Shown piece after piece: positions 1-13,861 of a stretch of DNA of 64,000 nucleotides. A model generated the notes under the pieces. The model made no database searches. It saw nothing but the letters and a program-made list of their open reading frames with translations, and was not told the origin of the DNA. Positions within the stretch are counted from its first letter, which is position 1. Each line of letters begins with the position of its first letter. The stretch is from positions 8,556,001-8,620,000 of the forward strand of contig OZ024763.1 in assembly GCA_964016885.1 (NCBI GenBank), in the 5' to 3' direction. The position numbers and the translations under genes are program-made. The DNA comes from Eledone cirrhosa. Taxonomy: Eukaryota.

Positions 1-760
1 ATAATCTCTTTCCTCCCTCTGTCACCCATGTCTCTTTTTTCTTCTTCTTCCTCATATTTCTTTTTCTATTCATTTTTTCTTTCTTTCTCTCTTCTTCTTC
101 TTCTCCTCCTCCTCCTCCACCTTCTGCAATCTTCTATCTTCTTCTCCTTCTTCACCCACTTCTCCTTCTTCTATCCCCTTCTTCTATCTTCCTTCCTGCT
201 CTCATCTCCTCACCAATCCCCTTCCTCTCCTCAAGTATATCCTTCCACCACTAAATCACTTCTTCAAACATTACAGAAAACTTCTCTAAACTTTCTCTTG
301 TCTTTTTAACTCGTTTCTTTTTTCTCACTTCCAGCCTCTTTTATGATATTCTCAGCATCTTTGCTTTTTGTCTTCCTTTCTGTAGTATCTTTTTCTTCAC
401 AGCAACCATCATCACCATCATCATCAGCAGCAGCAGCATCACCACTTCACACTACCTCCACCAACACTATCATCATCACTATAACCACCAACCCTATCAT
501 CATCACCATCATGACCCCCATACACCACCACCACCATCACCACCATACACCACGATCACCATCATCATCATCGCCAACACCATCACAGTATCTTAGAAGA
601 GTTGATATTCGCTAAGCATCATCAGAGAATAAAAATTTGTTTACGAAAAAAGGGTATATATATATGTGTGTGTGTGTTTGTGTGTGTATATATATATATA
701 TATATATACTCTTTTACCTGTTTCAGCCATCCGGCTGAGGCCATGCTGGGGCACCGCCCT

Positions 761-822
<62 letters not shown>

Positions 823-825
<3 letters not shown>

Positions 826-1025
826 GTTATTTTTCTCTAAAAACATTTTTTCCAATTCCAACCCGCCCCTCCCTTCAATCTATCTTATTTCTCATTCTAT
901 CTTTTGATGAAGGACTAGCGTCTGAAACGTTAAGACCCTCTTCCTGCTATATCAAGCTTTAACCTTATATATTCCTTCCATATACTGTACTGATTGTGTT
1001 GTTATTTCTGTTTACCTTTTACATA
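823..1025 (+). mobile_element. Short (TA)n-embedded hammerhead element, family A (Penelope-like pseudo-LTR); other copies ~1395-1585, 2516-2700, 14880-15025 (+); 40140-40230, 47910-48080 (-)
   Basis: Shared tgatgaaggactagcgtccgaaacgttaagaccctcttcctgcta...ctgtttaccttt flanked by (TA)n; the core is mutated in this copy. Confidence 0.7.
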
Positions 1026-1052
1026 CACATATATATATATATATTTGTGTGA

Positions 1053-1122
<70 letters not shown>

Positions 1123-1195
1123 TATATATATAAATACACACACTCACACACACACACAGAGCAGCCACACAGGTTTTAAATGTAAGCATACATAC

Positions 1196-1341
1196 TTGGA
1201 ATTTGTATGGCTGTTTTGTTGCACATTCTCTGAACAGGTCCATAAATATGTTCGGGGTAGGTAGCGTTGACCACAGATTCTAAAACTGGACAGCCTGGGA
1301 CTCCATTTTCCTTCAAACAGTTTTTAAAGCTTTCCAGAGAT
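1196..1341 (-). CDS. Cys-rich secreted protein exon 7 (SSLESFKNCLKENGVPGCPVLESVVNATYPEHIYGPVQRMCNKTAIQIP); gene continues beyond the window start
   Basis: ttacag / gtatgt; phase 2 to 1; 3 Cys. Confidence 0.87.
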
Positions 1342-1601
1342 CTGTAATACAGAAAATAATACAATATCCAAGATGGTTGACTAAAAATACATTCACTTCC
1401 GATTCTTCCAATTCTTACCCTCATCTATAATTTCTATTTCTTTTTTATCTCTAATTCTATCTTTTGATGAAGGACTAGCGTCCGAAACGTTAAGACCCTC
1501 TTCCTGCTATTTCAAGCGTTAACCTAATATATTCCTTCCATATACTGTACCGATTGTGTTGTTATTTCTGTTTACCTTTTACATACATATATATATACCC
1601 T

Positions 1602-1641
<40 letters not shown>

Positions 1642-1721
1642 TAACGAAGGAAGTGTGGTAAGGAACCAGGTGGGCCATAACGAACCAGAGTACTCGATAT
1701 TATGAGTAGTAGGGTGGGTAA

Positions 1722-1830
1722 TAGGAAAAGAGTCAGGAGCCCGATGGCTGAGCTCTAGCCATTTCGACAGCTAGATCTGAACTAGCTGTCGAAACGGCTG
1801 GAGCTCAGCCGTCGGGTTCCTGACTCTTTT

Positions 1831-1834
<4 letters not shown>
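1722..1834. repeat. Palindromic element (~50-bp arms); single-arm relatives at 28100-28160 and 39590-39640
   Basis: taggaaaagagtcagga...gacagctag / ctagctgtc...tcctgactcttttccta. Confidence 0.85.
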
Positions 1835-1893
<59 letters not shown>

Positions 1894-2091
1894 GAAAGGT
1901 ATAGAAATTATTGTAGCAAGAAGCCAACAGTACTCCAGAATATATAAGTGACTATAGCGTCAAAATGGAAAAATAGTTAACATAAGATGTGGGAAAATAA
2001 TTCAAACTCAACTCAAAAAGAATCAGGATATAGATTCATCCAACAGAATTTAGTGAAATCCAGGGAAGAATCAATAGAGCCTTAACTCATG

Positions 2092-2122
<31 letters not shown>

Positions 2123-2382
2123 GAGAGAGAGAGAGAAGGGGAAAGATTATTGGAACTTCTGCTTCTATTCGTTGATAAAATTTCTGTTCAAGAGAGAGTA
2201 GGACATTTTAACCGAAACGTCGAGGAGTTGCTTTCAATAATTTAATCATTGAAATTATTGTACTTATAGAGTTAGACATAATGATTATAAACCAGTCAAA
2301 TCATCTTAACAAAAGAGAGACAAGAGAAATTCATGCCTAATATATAAATATATAATCTCCAAATTAGAAGGACCATACTTAC

Positions 2383-2467
2383 GAACAGTCGGTTTTCTCA
2401 AGGACACTGTCCATGTGTTTCTGACAAGTGGTCAGTCTCTCCAAAGACACATCAACATCTTTACATT
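2383..2467 (-). CDS. Cys-rich secreted protein exon 6 (ECKDVDVSLERLTTCQKHMDSVLEKTDC)
   Basis: ttctag / gtaagt; phase 1 to 2; 3 Cys. Confidence 0.85.
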
Positions 2468-2572
2468 CTAGAAACAAATATTTGAACAACAGTCAGAATA
2501 TATATATATATAAAGACATGTTTTCCAATTCCACCCCACCCGTCCCCTCAATCTATCTTATTTCTCATTCTT

Positions 2573-2608
2573 TCTTCTGATGAAGGATTAGCGTCCGAAA
2601 CGTTAAGA
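2573..2608 (+). ncRNA. Minimal hammerhead (family A) within element 2516-2700
   Basis: tctt ctgatga aggattagcgtcc gaaac gtt aaga. Confidence 0.72.
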
Positions 2609-2814
2609 CCCTCTTCCTGCTATTTCAAGCGTTAACCTAATATATCCCTTCCATATACTGTACTGATTGTGTTGTTATTTCTGTTTACCTTTTACATACA
2701 TACACACGCATATATGTATATATATATATACACATATATATATATATATATATATATGTGTATGTATATATATATACATATATACATATATGTATATATA
2801 CATATATACATATA

Positions 2815-2847
<33 letters not shown>

Positions 2848-2980
2848 ATATATATATATATATGTATGTATATATATATGTATATATATATATATATATA
2901 TATGTATAGTGTATGTATATATATATGCATATAGATGTGTATATATGTATGTATGTATATATATATACATATATATATAT

Positions 2981-3010
<30 letters not shown>

Positions 3011-3011
<1 letters not shown>

Positions 3012-3413
3012 GTTTTAATATAGATGAGATTCTACAGGACTAGAACTGTTTCATTCTTTAGAAATCATCAGGAATCTGATAATTTCTAAAGATGATTTCT
3101 ATAACCAGGAGTTCATTGATCTTCTCAATTCAGAGTAACAGCTCTACCTGGAGTGACTCTCTGATCTCTGAGCTACAAATCTGTCCAGTGATTCTTTCCT
3201 GAGACACTCTAACCACATGTCCATAGTATCAGAGCTGTGATCTCTCAATTCAGAGAAGTAGCATTCTTTAGAAATCATCAGGAATCCTGATGATTTCTAA
3301 AGAATGAAACAGTTCTAGTCCTGTAGAATCTCATCTATATTAAAACTTTTATACTCTGCAATGTATTGAGTACCTTACTTACTGTGGTTACCTCCGATTC
3401 AATCCGGAATAAC

Positions 3414-3415
<2 letters not shown>
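3011..3415. mobile_element. Family B Penelope-like short element in inverted arrangement with a captured RTE fragment in the loop
   Basis: Arms ...ctacaggactagaactgtttcattc...atcatcagg / cctgatgatttc...gaatgaaacagttctagtcctgtag. Confidence 0.7.
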
Positions 3416-3466
<51 letters not shown>

Positions 3467-3531
3467 TATATAGAGATATATACATATATATATACATATA
3501 TATATATACATATATATATACATATATATAC

Positions 3532-3568
<37 letters not shown>

Positions 3569-3613
3569 CATATAGAGATTACAGTAATCAAAGTTCAGTT
3601 TAAGTCATTTATT

Positions 3614-3660
3614 TGCTTACAATTGTTTCCTCCAAACCGAGGTTTGGATTCTTCGGAGCA
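3614..3660 (-). ncRNA. Hammerhead-like motif (one core substitution, CCGAAGA)
   Basis: UGCU CCGAAGA A UCCAAAC CUCG GUUUGGA G GAAAC AAUU GUA AGCA; degenerate relative near 37628-37680 (+). Confidence 0.6.
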
Positions 3661-4162
3661 GTTATTTATAACATACTTGACCTCCTTTTCAACCCAAGAG
3701 ACACATAAAACATATGCGCATATTGATCAACAGTGGGGTGACATTCATCAAATGAAATAGCATGGCAATTTACATATAAAGTGTTACATGATAAAAATAA
3801 AGTGTTACATGATAAAAATAAAATAAAATAAAATAAAATAAAATAAAATAAAATAAAATAAAATAAAATAAAATAAAATAAAATAAAATAAAATAATATA
3901 TATATACATATATATATATATAGTCTGTGTTTGTGTATACATATATATATGTATAAATAATTTACCTCGAACAGATCACCAGGTTGGAATCTAAATGATT
4001 TAAACAGTGTAGATAGTAGTTTTTTGTCGGTTATGTATCATGAAATTCCACCTTCAGTTTTGAAATATTTTGACTTATGTCGGCAAGTTAGAATTAGTTG
4101 GTTCTTTTTATTTAAGTTTGGGTTGAGGGAGGGATAGAAGGGAATGTGAAGTTTCTGTCAGG

Positions 4163-4480
4163 TATAACCAGGAGTTCATTGATCTTCTCAATTCGGAGTA
4201 GCAGCTCTACCTGGTGTGACTCTCTGATCTCTGAGCTACAAATCTGTCCAGTGATTCTTTCCTGAGACATTCTAACCACATGTCCATAGTATCAGAGCTG
4301 TGATCTCTCAATTCAGAGAAGTAGCAGCTCTACCTGGAGTGACTCTCTCATCTCTGAGCTACACACTCTATCAAGTAACATTACCCCAAAGACCCTTCAG
4401 AGGAACCCCATTTCGGCTGCTTGTATTCGCGATCGTATTCTGTCGGTCATTACCCAAGATTCATAACCATAGGTAAGGTC
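4163..4480 (-). mobile_element. RTE-clade LINE ORF2 C-terminal fragment
   Basis: LTYGYESWVMTDRIRSRIQAAEMGFL...IERSQL.YYGHVVRM, with stops. Confidence 0.85.
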
Positions 4481-4562
4481 ATTGATCCACTCTCAAAATA
4501 TCTGTGCTATATTTAACACTGGCCCTCTAGTGGTCATCGTGGTGGTGGTGGTGGTGGTGGTG

Positions 4563-4633
4563 GTAATCTCTTAATTTCCAAATGTGTTTTGAAAGTGTTG
4601 TAGCATTTTCCAGGTGATAATGACGGAACGAGC
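4563..4633 (-). mobile_element. Penelope-like GIY-YIG endonuclease remnant
   Basis: SFRHYHLENATTLSKHIWKLR resembles the PLE SF....T.LS.(H/Y)IW.LK motif. Confidence 0.55.
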
Positions 4634-6395
4634 CAGCCGTGTTGGTGCAGATGAGTCTGAAGGGTTGTATCATCACCATCACCATCAGTACCACCATCAT
4701 CATCATCATCAAGACAGTCATCATCACCACTAAACCACCTACTACCACCACCACCACCACCACCACTACTACTACAGCAGTATAATTATGTTAATTAAAA
4801 ATTATTTAGCTTTTGGCTATTTTGCGTAATAACTATATTTTTACATCAGAGTGGTATTAATATGGACGAAAGGGGTTGTTTGATTTGATGGTGTTGTTGT
4901 TGTTGTTGTTGTTCTAACAATTGTTGTTGTTGTTTGATTTGATGTTGCTACTGTTATTGTTGTTGTTGTTGTTGTTGTTGTTGTTTTTGTTGTTTGATTT
5001 GATGTTGCTATTGTTATTGTTGTTATTGTTGTTGTTGTTCTAACAATTGTTATTGTTGCTGTTGTTGTTGTTTCTTTTGTTTTGGTAGTGGTTAAATTCT
5101 GTTGATGACGTATGTTATAATATCGGCGAGTGTGTGTGTGTATGTGTATCTGTCTGTGTGTATATGTGTGAGTGTGTGTATATGTGTATCTGTGTGTGTG
5201 TGTATGTGAGTATGAGTGTGTGTATATGTGTATCTGTGTGTGTGTGTATGTGTGAGTGTGTGTATGAGTGTATATGTGTATATGTGTGTATTTGTGAGTG
5301 TGTGTATGTGTGTGTATGTGTATATATGTGTATCTGTGTGTGTTTGTTAGTGTGTGTGTGTGTATATATGTGTATCTGTGTGTGTGTATGTGTGTATATG
5401 TGCGAGTGTGTGTATGTGTGTGTATGTATGTGTGTTACCCTCACCGTCCAAATCACAGTATTGTGGTTAGCAAATAATATTGTATAGTGATAGGAATTGG
5501 GGGGGGGGGCGATTGATGCCATCTTGGTTGTGGTGGTGTTGGTAGTGACGGTGGTGGTGGTGTTGATGGTTAGGGTGGTGGTGGTGGTGGTGTTGGTGGT
5601 GGTGGTGTTGGTAGTGACGGTGGTGGTGGTGTTGATGGTGGTGGTGATGTTGGTGGTGGTGGTGGTGGTGTTTAGGGTGGTGGTGGTGGTGGTAGTAGTG
5701 TTGATGGTGGTGGTGGTGGTGGTGGTAGTGGTGGTGGTGGTAGTGACGGTGGTGGTGGTGGTGATGATGATGGTGATAGTGGTAGTGATGTTGGTGGTGG
5801 TGGTGGTGGTAGTGACAGTGGTGGTGGTCGTGGTGGTGACGGTGGTGGTGGTGGTGGTGGTGATGATGATGATGGTGATAGTGGTACTGATGGTGGTGGA
5901 GGTGTCGTTGACATGCTTGTTGTTGTTTTATTTTAATGTATTATTTTTCTGTTTGTTATTTATTTTTCACCCCCACCCCTTTATCTCCCCTCCCCCCACC
6001 GCTTATTTTACTTGAAAGTATTATTGGCAAGTTAACAGAATGAGGTGGGGGGGGGGGTATTAGTGATGGTGATATAAGGGCTTGAGGTGGTGGTGGAGAA
6101 ACTGGTGGTGGTGAAGTGGGGGTGGTGATGCTGCTGTTAGTGTTGGGGAGTGGGTGGTGGTTTGTTCCAAAATTAGAATTTAAGAGGGAAATCTGCCAGG
6201 GTGTCAAATCTGGCAACAGGTACTTTAAAACTTCCTTAACTTCACACCAGCTCTGTCAACACAGACACACACACACATACACACACACACAAACACACAC
6301 AGACACACACACACACACGCGTGCGCACATATGTGTGTGTGGGTTTATATATATATAAAAGCAAATATACTATATATATATATACATATATATAT

Positions 6396-6612
6396 CTAGG
6401 GCAGGTAAAATTCCCGAGATATATGGACGAGTTCTCTCCACCAGTCTCTGTCCCTCATCATCGCCGCCATGTCCTGTGTCTCCCAGAGACCAGTGTCTGT
6501 CCTTAGGGCATCAATACATGTCAACCTAGGTCTCCCACAGGAGCACTAAGTGCAGTGTCAACTCTGAATGTCGGTGAGCATGTCCAGCTAACCCCAGACT
6601 CCTCTGTGCTAC
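6396..6612 (-). mobile_element. RTE-clade LINE 3' end fragment
   Basis: LAGHAHRHSEL...LLW / PRLTCIDALRTDTG...MRDRDWWRELV, ending at (TA)n. Confidence 0.8.
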
Positions 6613-6650
6613 TATATTAAATATTGTATATACTCTACTATGTATGACTC

Positions 6651-6881
6651 GGGTGTAACCACAGTTAGTAAGGTACTCAATACATTGGTAGAGTGTAAAC
6701 ATCAAATTTAATATAGAAATGGCTTCTACAGGACTAGAACTGTTTCATTCGAAGGAAATCATCATGATGATGATTTCCTTCGAATAAAACAGTTCTAGTC
6801 CTGTAGAAGCCATTTCTATATTAAATTTGATGTTTACACTCTACCAATGTATTGAGTACCTTACTAACTGTGGTTACACCC
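6651..6881. mobile_element. Family B element as a near-perfect ~115-bp-arm palindrome; other copies 24727-24872, 25361-25495, 31745-31875, 56968-57170, partial 21405-21475
   Basis: gggtgtaaccacagttagtaaggtactcaatac...aaatcatca / tgatgatttcc...gtattgagtaccttactaactgtggttacaccc. Confidence 0.85.
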
Positions 6882-6895
6882 AATTGAACCCGGGA

Positions 6896-6964
<69 letters not shown>

Positions 6965-6974
6965 ATATATATAT

Positions 6975-7234
6975 AAGATAGAAACAATAGGAAGTAATGC
7001 TTCTTGGTGACGATTAGAAATTTTTTTTTAAATGCCGTCCGTTAACGATTTCCGGAAGTAATGTAAAGGAACCGTGTTAACAAGGTAATATCTAGGTGGT
7101 TAACTCAAATTTCTAGAAATAAGAACCTATTTGTCTTCGTAGTAAATCTCAATATCTTTAGCAATGGAAAGATATGTTGTTTAATCTAGTCATAGATAAT
7201 ATAATATCTTTTTATGTTACAATCTTGGACACAG

Positions 7235-7274
<40 letters not shown>

Positions 7275-7328
7275 TAGTCTTCAAATTTATTATTATTACT
7301 ATATATATATATATATAGTATATATATA

Positions 7329-7368
<40 letters not shown>

Positions 7369-7397
7369 TATATATATATATATATAGTATATATATA

Positions 7398-7467
<70 letters not shown>

Positions 7468-7489
7468 TAGTCTTCAAATTTATTATTAT

Positions 7490-7544
<55 letters not shown>

Positions 7545-7898
7545 TAGATCATTAATGGATGTCATTCTTTTCATTTTTTATAATCGTCTCCAAGAAGCAT
7601 TACTTCCTATTTTATATATATATATATATAAAACTGTGTCCAAGATTGTATCAAAAATGGATAATATTATATTATTTTCTATGACTAGATTAAACAACAT
7701 ATCTTTCCATTGCTAAAGATATTGAGATTTACTACTAAGACAAATAGGTTCTTATTTCTAGAAATTTGAGTTAACCACCTAGATATTACCTTGTTAACAC
7801 GGTTCCTTTACATTACTTCCGGAAATCGTTAACAGACGCCATTTGCTTTTTTTTTCTAATCGTCACCAAGTAGCATTACTTCCTATTGTTTTTATCTT
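6975..7898. repeat. ~260-bp inverted repeat pair (6975-7234 / 7634-7898) around a (TA)n spacer
   Basis: aaacaataggaagtaatgc...caatcttggacacag vs ctgtgtccaagattg...gcattacttcctattgttt. Confidence 0.9.
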
Positions 7899-8133
7899 TC
7901 CGGCATACAGGACATAAATGATCGTCTGCTATTTGATTGGATGTTGTTTCTGTGTAGGTGATATTGGGATATATCATTGGTGGTGGCCATCTTCAGGATG
8001 TACGGTGGTGTGTTGTTAGGAAGAAAGGTTCTATCTTAAGCAATTGTGATAACAAAAAACTGAAAAACGGAAAAACAAACACCACCCTTCCCGATAAAGA
8101 TAAGAAAAGATGGATGAATAGGATATAGATGCA

Positions 8134-8253
<120 letters not shown>

Positions 8254-8275
8254 GTGTGTGTGTGTATAAATGTAT

Positions 8276-8349
<74 letters not shown>

Positions 8350-8393
8350 GTGTGTGTGTATATATATATATATATATAATGTTGTGGGTGTGC

Positions 8394-8459
<66 letters not shown>

Positions 8460-8789
8460 TATATATATATGTGTGTATGTATATATAATGTTGTGGGTGT
8501 GCTAATTATATATATAAGGGGTGTCAGAGTATGCGAGGAATGGTTACATGGAAGTACTCCTTGGGTATATTTAAATATAAAAGATATAGGACAAAGGATG
8601 GTGACTTAATGTTGGGGAAACCGTGTTGAGGTGTGGGTGTGTGGCTGTATGGGTGTGTGTGTGTGGATGTGGATGTGTGGTTGTGTATGTGTGTGTGGGG
8701 TGCGTAAATGTGCACTGCTGTACATAAATAGAAAGTGTACGCCTTCACACAGACAGAATGAGATGTGTATATATATATATATAAATATA

Positions 8790-9096
<307 letters not shown>

Positions 9097-9771
9097 ATTT
9101 GAAAGAGTGCCGGGGTTTTATTTGTTCTATCCAAATGACTATAAAAATATTTTCTCTATTAAAACTTTCAAAGATCCGAGATAAGCTGAGATAAACTGGT
9201 GGAGTTACTGGAGTAGATCTAGAGATATATAGGGGGGGGTATAGTGAGGGGGAGAGGGGGAGAGATATAGTGGGGGGAGGGGTATATAGTGTGTGGGAGA
9301 GAGAGATATAGTGTGAGAGAGTGGGAGAGGTATATAGTGTGAGGGAGAGAAGGGTGAGAGAGGGGGATAAGAGAGTGTGCACGGGGGGAAGGGGGAGAGT
9401 GATATATAGTGTGTGGGAGAGACAGAGAGGGGATAGAGAGAGTGTGTGGGGGAGACGGAGAGATGTACTTAATCAGAACATCTGTCTACAAAAAGACATT
9501 GGTAGACACTCATAGATAATGTACATACATGCACCCCCACACACACACTCATACCCCCACCCCACCCACCCATATATATATATATATATACAGATATACA
9601 GGTGTGTGTGTACGTGTGTATATATATATATATATATAATATTATTACTATTTATTTATACATCTCTACGGACGTTTCAATGTGGCTAGAATATCTCATT
9701 TATTTGTGGTGAGAACTGGATATTACCTGTAAATTATTTACTCCAATATGGCTGCTTTATTGATACTGTAT

Positions 9772-9832
<61 letters not shown>

Positions 9833-9837
<5 letters not shown>

Positions 9838-10422
9838 GATGGTGGTGGTTGTAGTGGTGTTTGCCATAGAGGTAATGGTGGTGGTCACCATAGTGACGAT
9901 GGTTGTTGTGGTGGTCGTCATCGTCTTCACAGTGGTCGTGGTAGTAGTAGTTGTAGGGGTGGTGGTCGTCATCGTCTTCACAGTGGTCGTGGTGGTAGTA
10001 GCCGTAGTGGTGGTGGTCATCACAGTGACGATGGTTGTTGCGGTGGTCATCATAGTGACGATGGTTGTTGCGGTGGTTGTAGTGGTGGTGGTCATCACAG
10101 TGACGATGGTTGTTGCGGTGGTCATCATAGTGACGATGGCTGTTGCGGTGGTCGTCATCGTCTTCACAGTGGTCGTGGTAGTAGTAGTTGTAGCGGTGGT
10201 GGTCATCATAGTGGCGATGGTTGTTGTGGTGGTTGTAGGGGTGGTGGTCATCATAGTGACGATTGTTGTTGCGGTGGTCGTCATCGTCTTCACAGTGGTC
10301 GTGGTAGTAGTAGTTGTAGCGGTGGTGGTCATCATAGTGACGATGGTTGTTGTGGTGGTTGTAGTGGTGGTGGTCATCATAGTGACGATGGTTGTTGTGG
10401 TGGTTGTAGTGGTGGTGGTAGT
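9833..10422. repeat. GGT/GTC/GAT-based compound minisatellite
   Basis: Recurrent gtcatcatagtgacgatggttgttg units. Confidence 0.9.
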
Positions 10423-10601
10423 AACTCTACATACACTACACTACCAGAAGAGACCGTGTAGTACATAATAACATGGAATTGTAATAGTAATTGATGTAAT
10501 TACCAGATTGGAACTAACACCACCACCACCATCATCATAATTCATATGCACACATACATACTAATTCTATGCATATATATATGTATATATGCACACACAT
10601 A

Positions 10602-10647
<46 letters not shown>

Positions 10648-10712
10648 CATATATATGATATATATATACATATATACATACATTCATATATATACATATA
10701 TATATATACATG

Positions 10713-10784
<72 letters not shown>

Positions 10785-10947
10785 CATACATACATATACA
10801 TATACATATATATATATACATATACATATATACATATATATATACATATATATATATATACATATACATATATACATATACATATATACATATATATATA
10901 CATATACATATATACATATATACATATATATATACATATATATATAC

Positions 10948-10991
<44 letters not shown>

Positions 10992-11031
10992 ATATATGCA
11001 TATATATATAAATATATATATATATATACAT

Positions 11032-11063
<32 letters not shown>

Positions 11064-11231
11064 GTATGTATATATATACATATATATATGTATATATATA
11101 TATACATATACATATATACATATATACATATACATATATACATATACATATATATATATATGTGTATATATATATATAAGGACATTTTTTTAAATTACCA
11201 AATGCACCCACCACCACTTCCCTAATACCTA

Positions 11232-11782
11232 CACACCACAACACCAGCCACCACCCACCACACTACCAGCCAACACAACACCACCCACCACACTACCACC
11301 CACCACAACGCCACCCACCACACTACCACCCACCACAACACCACTCTCCCCACACTACCACCCACCACAACACCACTCTCCCCACACTACCACTCTCCCC
11401 AACACCACTCTCCCCACACTACCACTCTCCCCAACACCACTCTCCCCACACTAACACCCACCACAACAGCACTCTCCCCACACTACCACTCTCCCCAACA
11501 CCACTCTCCCCACACTACCACTCTCCCCAACACCACTCTCCCCACACTACCACCCACCACAACACCACTCTCCCCACACTACCACTCTCCCCACACTACC
11601 ACTCTCCCCAACACCACTCTCCCCACACTACCACCCACCACAACACCACTCTCCCCACACTAACACCCACCACAACACCACTCTCCCCACACTAACACCC
11701 ACCCCAACACCACTCTCCCCACACTACCACCCACCACAACACCACTCTCCCCACACTACCACTCTCCCCAACACCACTCACT
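11232..11782. repeat. CAC/CTC minisatellite
   Basis: Recurrent accactctccccacactac units. Confidence 0.9.
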
Positions 11783-12184
11783 AAAAACTTTCCTTCAACA
11801 CTTCTCAAAAAATGAAAACCAAAACCAAAAAGAAGACATTTAAATGTGTTCAACAAACATGTGTAATTGCAATGTTATGTTAAATTTTTTTACTGATTTC
11901 TTGCCTCGGGGTTCTGAGTTCGAATCTGGCTGAGGTGGCTGAATTAATTACCAGCTATGATGTATATAATTACTATGGAATGTTCTATTCATGATTATTC
12001 TATAGGTATTCTGCAGACATGTCAACTCTTTCACCCACTTTGGAGAGGGTAAGAGATGTTGTTTGGGGTTTAAGAGACTGGCAGGTATACATATATATAT
12101 ATATGTGTGTGTATATATATATATATGTGTGTATATATATGTATATATATGTATGTATATATGTATATATATATATGTATATAT

Positions 12185-12365
12185 CATCATCATCACCATC
12201 ATCATTTCATTTTACGTCGGCTTTTTCGCTGCTTGCAAGGGTGGGACGGGAACTGATTCTGGCTTGATTTCTACAGCTGGATGCCCTTCCTAACACCAAC
12301 CTCATTTACAGTGAGTGCTGGGTGCTTTTTTGCCATGGCACCTACACGTCCACTTTACAGTGGAA
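12185..12365 (-). mobile_element. Non-autonomous retroposon with RTE-like tail ending in (GAT)n; copies ~13311-13520, 16120-16350 (-); 22035-22092, 34545-34630, 45620-45790, 57533-57570 (+)
   Basis: Shared ttaggaagggcatccagc...cccatgctagcgtggaaaatggacgttaaa(tga)n. Confidence 0.7.
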
Positions 12366-12389
12366 TGATAGGGACCCCAGTCTCTATCA

Positions 12390-12533
12390 TCTCATTTCTA
12401 CAGCTGAGTAAACTGGAGCAATGTGAAATAAAGTGTCTTGCCCAAGGAAACAACACATCGCCCGGTCTGAGAATTGAACTCGCAACCTTTCGATTGCAGG
12501 GCCAATGCTCTAACCACTAAGCCATGTGCCTCC
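12390..12533 (-). mobile_element. tRNA-derived CORE-type SINE; copies 21565-21700 (-), 45900-45990 (+), 46070-46215 (-)
   Basis: A box tggcttagtggttagagc, B box gagttcaattc, core tccttgggcaagacactttatttcaca. Confidence 0.85.
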
Positions 12534-12548
12534 ATATATATGTATATA

Positions 12549-12656
<108 letters not shown>

Positions 12657-12662
12657 TATATG

Positions 12663-12693
<31 letters not shown>

Positions 12694-12705
12694 GTATATA
12701 TATAC

Positions 12706-12764
<59 letters not shown>

Positions 12765-12816
12765 AGTACATATATATACATACGTATATATATATACATA
12801 CATATATATATATACA

Positions 12817-13150
12817 TGGTGGCTGCCAACTCGTTTTCGAGTACGGCCACTACTTTATATCCATGTAGGAGAACCCCTACCGATGCGCTGAACGAATGTG
12901 ACTTTTTAGTCCAGCCAGCGACTTGAAAACTCTGGTACAAAGACTACACTTGTGACCATTATTGACACATAGTGCAGGGCCCATGGTACCATGTGATGAC
13001 AAGTGCAGAGAGATCTCCAGATATAAAGCAATGCCTGTGCTGTGAAGCTTTTATAGTGAGCAAAGGCACTGCACAAAGCCAGTCCCACTCTCTTAACCAA
13101 GATGATATTTACCAAAAAGAAGAACAAGTCAACATCATTGGATACCATCA
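12817..13150 (-). mobile_element. RTE-related internally deleted retroelement with C-terminal C2H2 finger remnant
   Basis: [25 protein letters not shown], 3' end gagttggcagccacca(ta)n; shares blocks with 28525-28990. Confidence 0.65.
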
Positions 13151-13517
13151 GGGTTGTATACATACATACATAAATTATTTTATTTATAAATTATTATTAT
13201 TTTATTTTACATTACTCCGGAGTAACCAAACCAACCTGCGTACTTCGTTGAGTGCTCCAATCTGAATACTGAGGTGTCGGTAAACAGCCAACATATACTC
13301 AAAATTTATATCATCATCATCTTCATCATCTTCATTTAACGTCCATTTTCCACGCTAGCATGGGTTAGACGGGAGTTGTCCCACTTGAGGCAAGGCTGGT
13401 CGGGTGACCGTGTCTCGTTCATATAGGACTATCTGGCAGGTTTTCTACGGCTGGATGCCCTTCCTTACACCAATCACATTTACAGTGTGGAACTGGGAAC
13501 TTTTTACCGTGTTACCT

Positions 13518-13576
<59 letters not shown>

Positions 13577-13736
13577 ATGAGCAAACCTAACCTCGGCGGG
13601 ATTTGAACTCAGAACGTAAAGGGCCATAACTCTATGCTGAAAAGCATGTTGTCTGATGCTCCACCGATTACTGATAATCCACACAAACTAAAAAGAAAAT
13701 ACACGTGAAGAAATAATAAAACGAAACCGGAAATAC

Positions 13737-13861
13737 CTTTACGACATACAGACCCAGCCAGACTTTCTATTTCTTTAGGTAGAGACATCCGGACGAGTTG
13801 TTTAGCGAAGGCACAATTGGTGGAGTTTCCTATGGCACATTGAATCGTTTGATTGATTGCT
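13737..13861 (-). CDS. Cys-rich secreted protein exon 5 (QAINQTIQCAIGNSTNCAFAKQLVRMSLPKEIESLAGSVCRK)
   Basis: tttcag / gtattt; phase 2 to 1; lies within track ORF 13609..13881. Confidence 0.87.

Noticed and set aside
1-410. Purine-rich minus-strand stretch as the next exon of the Cys-rich gene
   Set aside because: Stop codons and no convincing acceptor
9748-10468. Gly/His/Cys-rich ORF resembling a metal-binding or beak protein
   Set aside because: Open in several frames on both strands, begins through (GA)n, and is antisense within an intron
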